64,000 bases of DNA from Pusillimonas sp. (GTDB lineage Bacteria; Pseudomonadota; Gammaproteobacteria; Burkholderiales; Burkholderiaceae_B): positions 7,794 to 71,793 of the forward strand of contig JBATWU010000032.1 of NCBI GenBank assembly GCA_049672825.1, given 5' to 3'. This document shows, piece after piece, positions 1 through 10,200 of the stretch. Both the position numbers and the translations under genes were made by a program. Under the pieces are notes generated by a model that searched no databases, had not been told where the DNA came from, and saw only the letters and a program-made list of their open reading frames with translations. Every line of letters begins with the position of its first letter. The stretch's first letter is position 1.

Positions 1-52
1 TTGCCTTTGGCCAAAAGGGTCTGGCGCAGATTGCGTCGCACAACTCATAAGG

Positions 53-2509
53 ATGATTTCAATCGTGAACAAAATGGTGCAACGCCTTGGTGCAAGGTGG
101 TGGGCTCGCCGATGCGCGTTTAGCGCAAGTCTTGGGATTCTGGCGGTGTCGGCCGCTTTTACTGTCGCCGTTCCCGTCGCGGCAAGGGCACAGGATGTCG
201 TGGCAAAATTCGACATCCCCGCGCAGCCGCTCGAAAATGCCTTGATCCAGCTCGGGAGGGAAACGTCGCTTCAGTTCTTCTTCACCCCGGAGACGGTTGC
301 GGGCCTTTCGGCTCCCGCCTTGCGGGGAAGCATGACGCCCATACAAGCGCTTGAACACTTATTGCGCGGCACGCCGGTAAGCTATCGGCAAAATGGGCGC
401 AACATCACCTTGTCCCGTGCTGCCGCGGCTACCCAGTTGGATGCTGTCACGGTTCTGGGCGCCAGGGAAACGGCAACGGGCCCGGTAAATGGCTACGTTG
501 CCAGACGCAGCGCAACCGCCACCAAGACAGATACCCCCATTCTTGAAACACCCCAGACCATAAACGTCGTGTCGGCTGATCAGATGGCGGCGCAGGGTGC
601 GACCAGTATCGATGAAGCACTGAGCTACACGCCTGGCGTTGCCAACGAATTCTATGGCGGCGCTACCTACAATGATTATCTGCGCTTGCGCGGGTTTGCC
701 GCGCCTCTTTATTCGGAAGGCATGCGCATGCCTTCCGGTTTGCGTGACTATGCGCGGCTGCGCCTCGAGCCCTATGGGCTGGAACGGGTGGAAGTTCTTA
801 AAGGCCCGTCGTCGGTCCTGTACGGGCAGGGCGCTCCGGGTGGAATGGTCAATGCCGTACGCAAGCGGCCGACTGCTGAAAGAATCAGGCAGGTCGAAGT
901 GACCGGAGGCAGCTACGACCGGATCCAGGGCGCTTTCGATTTCGGCGGAGCCATCGACCCCGAGCAGACTTTTCTTTATCGGCTGACGGGCCTGGCCCGC
1001 GACAGCGGTACCCAGGTCGATTATCTTGAAGATAACCGCGTTTTCATTGCGCCCAGCCTGACCTGGAAGCCCAGCGCCGACACGATGCTGACGATCTTCA
1101 CGCATTATCAGCGCGACGTTGGCGGCAACAGTCCGCTTCCGGCGCTCGGCACCCTGTATCCAACCGAACACGGCTATCTGCCGGTGAATACGTATCTGGG
1201 CTATTCTGATTTCAATCGCTATGAACGCGAGCAGTTTTCGCTGGGCTATGAGTTCGAGCACCGTTTCAGCGACATGTTCAAGGTGCGCCAGAAACTCGAA
1301 TATTCCGACGTATCCATGGACTATCAGTACCCCTATCTTAGCGGTATCGCCAGCGATGCGGTCACGGGCGCGATCACGATGAATCGCGCCATCTGGAATT
1401 CCAACGACAGGGCCACCGCGTTAACGATCGACAATACCGCGCAGGTGGATTTTGTTACGGGCTCCTTGCAGCATACCGCGCTTCTGGGCGTGGACTACTC
1501 GCGCCTGGACTTCGATTCCCTATGGGGAGGCGTCGGTGCCGGAACGGTCGATATCTTCAATCCCCAGCATACTGGCCGTCCAGCCGATCCAACGCTGTAT
1601 CCCGATCAGGACGGCGTCCAGTACCAGACAGGTTTTTACGCTCAGGATCAAATTAAATGGAACCGGTGGGTGCTGGCGCTGGGCGGACGCTATGATCTGG
1701 CGAAGAACACTGTTCACGACTCCAATTACGGAACCACTACCCGGCAGCGGGACGAGGCTTTCACGGGCCGTGTCGGGCTGGTCTATCTGTTTGACAACGG
1801 CATAGCGCCGTATGCAAGCTACTCGACGTCTTTCGAGCCGACCGCGGGCGCGGACGCCGCTGGCGCGGCGTTCAAGCCGACGACCGCCCAGCAGTTCGAA
1901 GCGGGGGTGCGCTACCAGCCTTCGGGAGCGGATTCTTACATCGGCATCTCAGCCTATCAGCTCACGCAGAAAAACGTGTTGACCCAGGATCCCAGCCCCC
2001 CGGACACCAATCCCTGGGCTCAGGTGCAAACAGGCAAGGTGCGCGTGCGGGGTATCGAGTTGGAAGGGAAGGCCAATCTGGCGGCCGGGCTTGATCTTAT
2101 TGCTTCGTACGCTTACCAGAACTCAGAAATCATCAAGACCAACCATGCCGCGCAGCTTGGCAACAGGTTTCAACTCACTCCAGTACATCAGGCGGCACTT
2201 TGGGTCGACTATACATTCAGGACCGGGGCGTTTGAAGGGTTCGGGCTGGGGGGCGGGGTTCGCCATATCGCCAGTCGCTTTGGCGATTTGGACAATTTGA
2301 TCGAGCTGCCTTCCATCACCTTGTTCAACGCTGCGGTGAGCTACGATTTCGGCAAGAAGAATCCTTCGCTCGAAGGATTGACGCTGCGCGTGAATGCGAC
2401 CAATCTGTTCGATAAGCGCTATGTCGCCTCCTGCGCTTCGCTGACCTCGGCAAACTGTTACTATGGCCAGGGACGGACAGTGTTTGCCTCGCTTGGGTAT
2501 AAGTGGTGA
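53..2509 (+). CDS. TonB-dependent outer-membrane siderophore receptor with N-terminal STN signalling domain (FecA/FpvA-type transducer)
   Basis: 818-aa ORF. Signal peptide ends AARAQD. STN-like block DIPAQPLENALIQLGRETSLQFFF. Plug motifs ETPQTINVV and VEVLKGPSSVLYGQGAPGG. Terminal aromatic residue in ...SLGYKW. Confidence 0.9.
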   Translation: MISIVNKMVQRLGARWWARRCAFSASLGILAVSAAFTVAVPVAARAQDVVAKFDIPAQPLENALIQLGRETSLQFFFTPETVAGLSAPALRGSMTPIQALEHLLRGTPVSYRQNGRNITLSRAAAATQLDAVTVLGARETATGPVNGYVARRSATATKTDTPILETPQTINVVSADQMAAQGATSIDEALSYTPGVANEFYGGATYNDYLRLRGFAAPLYSEGMRMPSGLRDYARLRLEPYGLERVEVLKGPSSVLYGQGAPGGMVNAVRKRPTAERIRQVEVTGGSYDRIQGAFDFGGAIDPEQTFLYRLTGLARDSGTQVDYLEDNRVFIAPSLTWKPSADTMLTIFTHYQRDVGGNSPLPALGTLYPTEHGYLPVNTYLGYSDFNRYEREQFSLGYEFEHRFSDMFKVRQKLEYSDVSMDYQYPYLSGIASDAVTGAITMNRAIWNSNDRATALTIDNTAQVDFVTGSLQHTALLGVDYSRLDFDSLWGGVGAGTVDIFNPQHTGRPADPTLYPDQDGVQYQTGFYAQDQIKWNRWVLALGGRYDLAKNTVHDSNYGTTTRQRDEAFTGRVGLVYLFDNGIAPYASYSTSFEPTAGADAAGAAFKPTTAQQFEAGVRYQPSGADSYIGISAYQLTQKNVLTQDPSPPDTNPWAQVQTGKVRVRGIELEGKANLAAGLDLIASYAYQNSEIIKTNHAAQLGNRFQLTPVHQAALWVDYTFRTGAFEGFGLGGGVRHIASRFGDLDNLIELPSITLFNAAVSYDFGKKNPSLEGLTLRVNATNLFDKRYVASCASLTSANCYYGQGRTVFASLGYKW

Positions 2510-2754
2510 ACCGCTGCCGCCAGGTCCTTGTGATCGCGCCTGGCGGCGCAGCGTGCAACGCGCTGCACCGTGGCGACTTGCCACAACGTCTGTCAACATA
2601 TTCGCTTAAAATAACGTAAATAAAGCGACGTTTGCCAAAAATCAGAGCATTTATTGTTTTTTGCTAATAAGCCATGGCCGGCTTGGGCGTCTAATGGTTG
2701 ATACGGGCATATTTGGATGTCATTGGTCCACGCTTCAGGATCAAATTATCATTT

Positions 2755-2857
2755 CTTTAACAAGCTTAACAATTTGTTTTATTTTTTCGGCCTAGTATCA
2801 AAATTTTTCGCCGAAAATGAAAAGCCGAATTTTTCAGTCTATCGCATAGTTTCAACT
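2755..2857 (+). repeat. AT-rich ~103-nt element, copy A, upstream of the REC-AraC regulator gene
   Basis: Aligns by eye with 4036-4137. Shared blocks: CTTTAACAAGCTTAACAATTTGTTTTATTTTTT vs CTTTTACAAAGTTGACAATTGTTTTCTAATTTTT; ATCAAAATTT vs ATCAAATTT; AAAAGCCG; CATAGTtTCAaCT vs CATAGTGTCACT. Confidence 0.5.
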
Positions 2858-3045
2858 ATGACGCATCTTGTTCGAGGTGCGTAGTCGACATTTTCCCCCG
2901 CAAACTCAGACACGCCAAAATGGTTTGTCCGGGCGTGCGTGGGCGGTCGATCTCTGAGAAAAATGAGTTGGAGATATAAATAAATGGGGTGGAGTGTGGA
3001 AAGTCGAGCATGTATGACTCTCGTCGGGTTTTGTGATTCCAAATC

Positions 3046-3882
3046 ATGAGCTACCAGCAGGCTGGTGCGCCGCATGTGTTGTTGGTGGATGACAGCGCAG
3101 ATGAAATCTATCCGCTTCTGGAAGCGTTGCGCAGCCATCCCTGTCGTGTGACCGTTGCCTTCGACGGCATTCAAGGCTATGTGGATGCTGTCTCCCTGAC
3201 GCCGGATGTCATTTTGATGGATATGTGCCTGCCCAGGCGCGATGGCATCACTACCATCCGCATGCTTAAGGCAAATCCGGCAACAGAGCATATACCTGTA
3301 CTTTTCCTGACCGCCGCCACTGCCCTGGACGAGCGCCTGGAGGGGCTGCGCTCAGGAGCCGTCGACTACATTCTCAAGCCGTTCATGCCCGAGGAAGTGG
3401 TGGAGCGAGTGCGCATCCAGCTTTCGCTGGCGCGAGACCGATCCGTGCCTATTGCTGCATCCACGCACATGGCCGCACTGACCACCACCGAAACTCCGAT
3501 GCCGCCGGTCGCGCCGGGTTTTCCGAAAAAGGGCCAGGGCAAGCGTAATTCCGATCAGGTACTGCAACGGGCCGCGGCGCACATTATCCAGGAGCGATTG
3601 GCCGATCCCCCGCGGGTGCGGGATCTGGCAGCCATGCTGGCCGTCTCCGAGCGCCGTATCACCGCCGCATTCAAATCCAGCGTAGGCATGTCGGTGTTCG
3701 AGTTCATCCGCCGCGAGAGAATGTGCAAGGCGGCCCGCCTGCTTTCTCAAACGGATCTGAGCATGCTGGATATTGTGGCCGAGGTCGGTTATTCGAGCGC
3801 CGCCAATTTCTCGACCGCTTTCCGCCAATACTGGGGGCGGACGCCGTCTGCCTTTCGCAACAATGGCGTGGATATCGTATAG
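3046..3882 (+). CDS. Response regulator with N-terminal receiver domain and C-terminal AraC-type HTH output
   Basis: 278-aa ORF. REC features: LLVDDS..., acceptor context VILMDMCLP, and DYILKPF. The C-terminal AraC signature ends with GYSSAANFSTAFRQYWGRTPSAFR. No kinase gene is adjacent. Confidence 0.85.
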   Translation: MSYQQAGAPHVLLVDDSADEIYPLLEALRSHPCRVTVAFDGIQGYVDAVSLTPDVILMDMCLPRRDGITTIRMLKANPATEHIPVLFLTAATALDERLEGLRSGAVDYILKPFMPEEVVERVRIQLSLARDRSVPIAASTHMAALTTTETPMPPVAPGFPKKGQGKRNSDQVLQRAAAHIIQERLADPPRVRDLAAMLAVSERRITAAFKSSVGMSVFEFIRRERMCKAARLLSQTDLSMLDIVAEVGYSSAANFSTAFRQYWGRTPSAFRNNGVDIV

Positions 3883-4035
3883 CGCGCTTATCGGGCTTCT
3901 CGGCGGGCCCCACATTTATGTCTAGGTCAAAAACAATGTCCGACGGCGTTGTTCAGATCGCGCCTCATAAGCGATGAAGCCGATGAATATTCGTGTGTTG
4001 TATTAAAAACACGACAAGAAACGATCTTTTCCTAT

Positions 4036-4137
4036 CTTTTACAAAGTTGACAATTGTTTTCTAATTTTTGATCAAATTTCAAAACTTTTCAAAAAAATCA
4101 AAAAGCCGGTTTCTTACTTCTCTTTCATAGTGTCACT
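4036..4137 (+). repeat. AT-rich ~102-nt element, copy B, upstream of the trimeric autotransporter gene
   Basis: Homologous by eye to 2755-2857. Contains a TTGACA hexamer at 4047-4052. Embedded in an AT-rich tract in an otherwise GC-rich region. Confidence 0.5.
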
Positions 4138-4212
4138 GCTTTGGCACACCTTGGTTACAAGTGTGTCGCCAGCTTCCCTCTCCTGAGAAAAAGCGCGCGC
4201 CTTTCGCGTGCC

Positions 4213-4220
4213 GGGGGGGG
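4213..4220 (+). repeat. Homopolymeric G8 tract in the leader or promoter region of the adhesin gene
   Basis: Sequence ccGGGGGGGGtg at 4211-4222, 28 nt upstream of the GTG start at 4248. Confidence 0.9.
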
Positions 4221-4247
4221 TGTTCACGTCGATAACTGGGGAAAAAA

Positions 4248-7200
4248 GTGAATCGGATATACAAAACGGTTTGGAATGAGCAAACGCGAACATTCGTTGC
4301 AGTCTCCGAGCTTACGCGTGCGCGCGGCAAGCGCTCGGGAGCTTCTGTCAGCAGTACCTCGTCAACGGGTAAACGCCACGGCATGCTGTCTTTGGGCGCG
4401 GTCGTGCTGGCCGGGGCGGGACTGCTGGGCGCAAGCGCATCGGCGCTGGCTGACGTAACCATAGGCGGTGAGCCGCCGGTAGCCGGCAACAGTATCGTAT
4501 TCAGCAATGGCGCCGGCACGATCAACATGAATGGCGGCACCATCAGCGGCCTGACGGACTCTGCTCTCGTGTCGGGGGGCACGAACGCTGTCACGACCGG
4601 CCAGCTGTGGGATACCAATGAGGAGTTGGCGACAGTCAATACGACAGTCACCAACTTGGGTAACACAGTGACCAACCTGGGCACGACTGTTGGCGATCAT
4701 ACGACTCTCATCGGCGCCAATGCGACGGCCATTGGTAATTTGCAGACGGCCTCAGCTACGGCCGTAAGCTACGACAGCGCCGCCAAGGATGTGATCACGC
4801 TAGAGGGCGGGGCGGAGGGCACCCGCATTACCAATCTCACCAACGGCGCTATCAACGCGACCAGTACCGATGCGGTCACTGGCCAGCAGATCCACAATCT
4901 ATTTATCGAAGAAGGCGCCGGTGGCGTAAGGTATTTCCACGCCAGTTCGGCGCAAGCTGACTCCGAGGCTTTGGGAGACCAGTCCATCGCGATCGGCCCC
5001 AATACCGTGGCCGAAGGCGACAACAGCTTTGCCGCTGGCGACGGCGCAAGCACCACGGAACCCGCCGAAGGCGCGATTGCGCTGGGTCAGAATGCTCAAG
5101 CAGGTGACGATGACTATGGAGTTGGTGCTATCGCCATTGGCCGCGACAGCATAGCGAGCGACACCGGTTCGGTAGCGTTGGGCGACGGCGCCCAAGCGAG
5201 CGCAGGCAATGCCACGGCTTTAGGGGCAAGTGCAAACGCGTCTGGCGCTGGGGCGATTGCTCTTGGAGATGCTACAGCCGGCGGCCCTCGGAGTTTTGCT
5301 GCTGGTGTTGATGCCTATGCCGGCACGCAGGACTCAATCGCCCTGGGAACCGGGACCGGCGTAGGTTCAGGTACGGAAGTTAATGATCCCGGCCAGCGTC
5401 ATTCGTTCATTGCAATCGGAAAAAATGCAGGACGGAACATGGACGGTAACCAGGCCATCGCGATTGGGGTAGGCGCGGGTTCAAACACGGTGGAAAGTGA
5501 TCAAATCTCTATTGGAACTGAGGCAGGCACGTACCTGGAAGGGGAGCGTAATGTTTCCATAGGGTTTGAAGCGAATCACTATACTGCCACAGAAGCAGTC
5601 AGGCATGCCACGGCTATTGGCGGCACGACTATCGCTGCGACCGATGCCGTGGCGGTGGGTTATGGCGCACATGCAATAACGACCGAATCGGTGGCGATTG
5701 GTGCTGGCTCGCGCGCAGAAGATGGCAGCATCGCCATAGGACATAATTCTCACGCTACACAAGTGACGGGGGCGAGTTATTTAACCGGCCAGGCCTTTAC
5801 GGGTGAATCCGTTTCTGTAGGTAACGCAACCACAGGATTAACGCGTCGGATCACCAACGTAGAAGATGGTGCCGACGGTTACGATGCGGTTAACGTCAAT
5901 CAGCTGGAAGAGCTGAAAACCAGCCTGGGTTCGTTCGACCCGCAATCTGGCGGTAACGTTAATTACAACGCAGATGGCACGATATCGGTTGATGCCGGCA
6001 CTGCGGGTAATAGCGCAGTAAACCTGGCGCAGATGAATAATGCCATTGCAGAAGAAAAGCCCAAGTTCTACAGCGTCAATCCGAATGGCGACAACATGAA
6101 CGAAAACGGTGATGGAGCGCTGGGGCCTAATAGTGCAAACAGCATGGCTATCGGTCACGCTGCCAAAATTGATGAGGCAGAGCGGGCTACGGCGATGGGT
6201 TATAGCGTATTGGTCAAGGCAGACGACGGTACCGCCCTGGGCAGTGGCAGCACAGTCAACAATACGGCTGGGGTTGCCATAGGCAAGGGCGCGTACAGCC
6301 GTGGTGACAATTCGATAGCAATGGGTACCAATGCCCAAACAGAACGAAAAGATATCGATAGCACATCAACAGACGCTATCGCCATTGGTACCAGTTCACG
6401 GGCAACGGATGACAGCGCCTCTGCGCTAGGCCACCATGCGACAGCTTCCGGCTGGCGATCATCGGCGTTAGGTTATATGGCTAACGCCAGCAACACAAGC
6501 GCGATGGCCTTTGGTACGAACAGTGCGGCAAGCGGAGTCGATTCCCAAGCCAGTGGAACAAGGGCTGGTGCGACCAGGACCAACGCGCAAGCCAGCGGTA
6601 CTGACGCTAAAGCCTATGCGACCGACGCGATCGCCATTGGTACAGGCGCCACATCTGGTCAAGCCTCGCCTGCGCTCGCTGATCAGGCTGGCAATATAGA
6701 CACCATCGCGATTGGGCATGGCGCCCTTGCCATTAGACAAAATGCTTTTGCCAGCGGTACTGGCGCTGAAGCAAACGCTATGGATGCGATGGCCATGGGA
6801 ACCGGCGCACGGGCGTCTGAGCAAAGTGCTGTTGCAATCGGGCAGGGTGCAGTCTCAGGGAATGCTCGCTCGGTCGCCCTTGGTAATAATGCGGCAACTG
6901 ACACTGCAGTAGGCACCACAAATGCAGCACTTAACGGCATTACATATGGCAACTTTTCGGGTAATAACCCCATTGCTACGGTCAGTGTGGGTACAGAACA
7001 GGAAAAGCGTACCATCACCAATGTTGCTGCTGGCCGAATCAGCAGTACAAGCACCGACGCTATAAATGGTAGCCAGCTGTACGCCACGAATGCTGTGCTA
7101 GGAAATGTCGCCAACACGACGGTAGAGATTCTAGGTGGCAACGCCGCTCTAGCTCCGGATGGCAACCTGAGCATGGGCGATATTGGCGGCACCGGTGAAG

Positions 7201-10200
7201 ACACCGTCCATGACGCCATTCAGTATGCGGCGCAGGGCTGGAACATCAGTGCTGATGGTGGTGGTGTCGCCAATGTGGCTCCAGGTGGCTCGGTGGATTT
7301 CGGCAATACCGATGAAAACATCGTCGTTACCCGCAACGGTACGGACCTGTCGTTCGATCTGGCGGACGACCTGGAGATCGGCAACAGCATTACTATTGGC
7401 GATACCCTCATCAACGGTGACAGCGTCACGACCAACAATCTGACGGTGGAGGGCAATACGCAGTTGGGCGACCACTTCGCGGTCAACGGCGGCGGTGTCT
7501 ACTACAGTGGTCCGATTACGGACGGCGACCACGTCACGAACAAGACATACGTGGACGGCGCGGTAGGCGATCTGGCCGATACTCCGCTGACATTTGCGGG
7601 TGACAGTGGTACCAATGTCACCCGCCGATTGGGCCAGACGGTGAACCTGACCGGCGGCGCGAGCGACGCCGCTGCGCTGACAGATGGCAACATCGGTGTC
7701 CAGGCCAACGGCACGGATACGCTTGCCATCAAGCTGAACAAGGACATCGACCTGGGAGCTAATGGCAGCGTGAAGATTGGTGATGCGCTGGTCAACAACG
7801 ACGGCCTGATTGTAGGCGACGGCACCGGCCCGACCACCACGGTGGGCGCAGGTACGGTGACGGTATGGGCAAACCCGACGACGGGTGCCGCCAATGAAAT
7901 TGTGATCGACGCCAATACCGGCACTATAGGCGGCCTGACCAACACGACATTTGATCCAGACAACTTTGCCTCTGGCCAGGCGGCGACAGAAGATCAGCTC
8001 AAGAGCGTCAGTGACGTGGCCAATGCGGGCTGGAACCTGTCGGCCAACGGAGCAACATCCACTCAGGTCAATATCGGTCCGAATGGCGATGTGATCTTCA
8101 ACGGCGATAGCAATATCACTGTCACGCAAACGGGTGCGGACGATGATGGTGTCATCAACGTCGCCCTGAACGAGAATATTGATCTGGGTGCTGACGGCAG
8201 CGTCACGACTGGAGATACTGTTCTCGACAACACCGGGCTGACGGTCAATGATGCATCGGCGGGTACGCTGACCAGCATAGGCTCTGGGGCGATTGCGCTT
8301 GCCGATAACAACGGTAACATCACCACTATCGATCCAACGAGCATTACGGTTGGCGGCGCTAATACCATCACCATCAGCGGTGCTACCGGCACGATAGGCG
8401 GCTTGACCAACACGACATTTGATCCAGACAACTTTGCCTCTGGCCAGGCGGCGACAGAAGATCAGCTCAAGAGCATCAGCGACGTGGCCAGTGCAGGTTG
8501 GAACCTGTCGGCCAATGGTGCAACGTCTACTCAGGTCAATATCGGCCCGAATGGCGACGTGATCTTCAACGGCGATAGCAATATCACTGTCACGCAAACG
8601 GGTGCTGACGATGATGGTGTCATCAATGTCGCTCTGAACGAGGATATTGACCTGGGTCCAACCGGTAGCATCACTATTGGCAACAGCCTGATGGACAACA
8701 GCGGCTTGGCTGTGGATGATGGCGCGGGCAACAAGACCACGACCTCGGCAACCGGCACTACCGTCACGGATGGCGTTAAGACGACCCAGGTGACGGCGGA
8801 AGGCACGACGATGACGGATGGCTCTGGCAATACGGCCACGACCACTGCATTGGGTACTACCGTGGAAGATAGCACGGGCCAGACTACGCAGGTGGGTGCC
8901 GGCAGCATAACCGTTGCCAACGGCACGAACACAGTGGTCATCAACAGCGCCACGGGCGACATCACGGGGCTGACCAATGTGGACTTCAGCGGCACGGACT
9001 TCGGCACGCAAGGCCGTGCGGCGACGGAAGAGCAACTGCAGCTGGCACGCGATGAAACGCAGGCGCTGGATGACCGTGCGGTCAAGTACGACCTGAATCC
9101 GGACAATACGGTGAACTACAACGTGGTGACGATGGCGGGTACGATCAGCCCCGCCACGCAAGATGCGGACGGTCGGATCAGTACTACGGGCGGCACGCAG
9201 ATCACCAACGTGGCGAGCGCGGGCGACTATAACGATGTGGCCAATGCGTACAACGCGGTCAATGCGGGCGACCTGAACAACGCCGTGCAGGACGTGACCA
9301 GCACTGGCATGAACTTCTCGGCCAACACAGGTACGGACGTGCACCGCGACCTGGGCCAGACGCTGGCCATCCGCGGCGGCATGGCGGACACCACGCCGAC
9401 CACGGCCACCAGTGGCGAGAACGTCATCACACGCACCACGGCCGATGGCATCAGCATCGAGCTGGCGCGCGACGCGACCTTCGACAGCCTGACCACCGGT
9501 GCCACCGTCATGGATACGGATGGTGTGCGCATCGGCACGACTGTGGCATTGACCAACACCGGCATGCGGGCGGGCAATATCGTGATCTCGTCGGCTACCG
9601 GCGACATCATCGGCCTGAGCAACACGACTCTGACGGCCGCCGATTTCGCCACGCAAGGGCGGGCGGCCACGGAAGAGCAGCTCAAGCTGGTGCGCGGTGA
9701 AACGCAGGACCTGGCTGACCGCGCCGTCAAGTACGACGGCAACGTGGGTGATCCCAAGAACAAGATCACCCTGGAAGGCGACGTCTCCACAGATGGCGGC
9801 CGCACGGGCGGCACACAGATCACCAATGTGGCGCGCGGCGATATCTCGGAGAACAGCACTGACGCGGTCAACGGCAGCCAGATCCATGACATGGGCAATA
9901 GCATTGCCGCGGGCATGGGGGGCAACTCCCAGTTCGTCGACGGCAAGCTGGTCACCGAGTTGAACGTGGGTGGCAACGCCTACAACAACGTCAACGATGC
10001 GTTGAACGGTGTTCAGACCAACATCGATGAAGTCGCCCAGGTGGCCAACGCCGGCTGGCAGATCCAGGCCAATGGCGATGAGGCCAGCAAGGTGGCGCCG
10101 GGCAAGACGGTGGAGTTCGTCGACGGCGACAACATCGAGATCACCCGCGAGACATCGGCGGACGGCAACAACCAGGTCAAGGTCAGCATGTCCAAGGATA

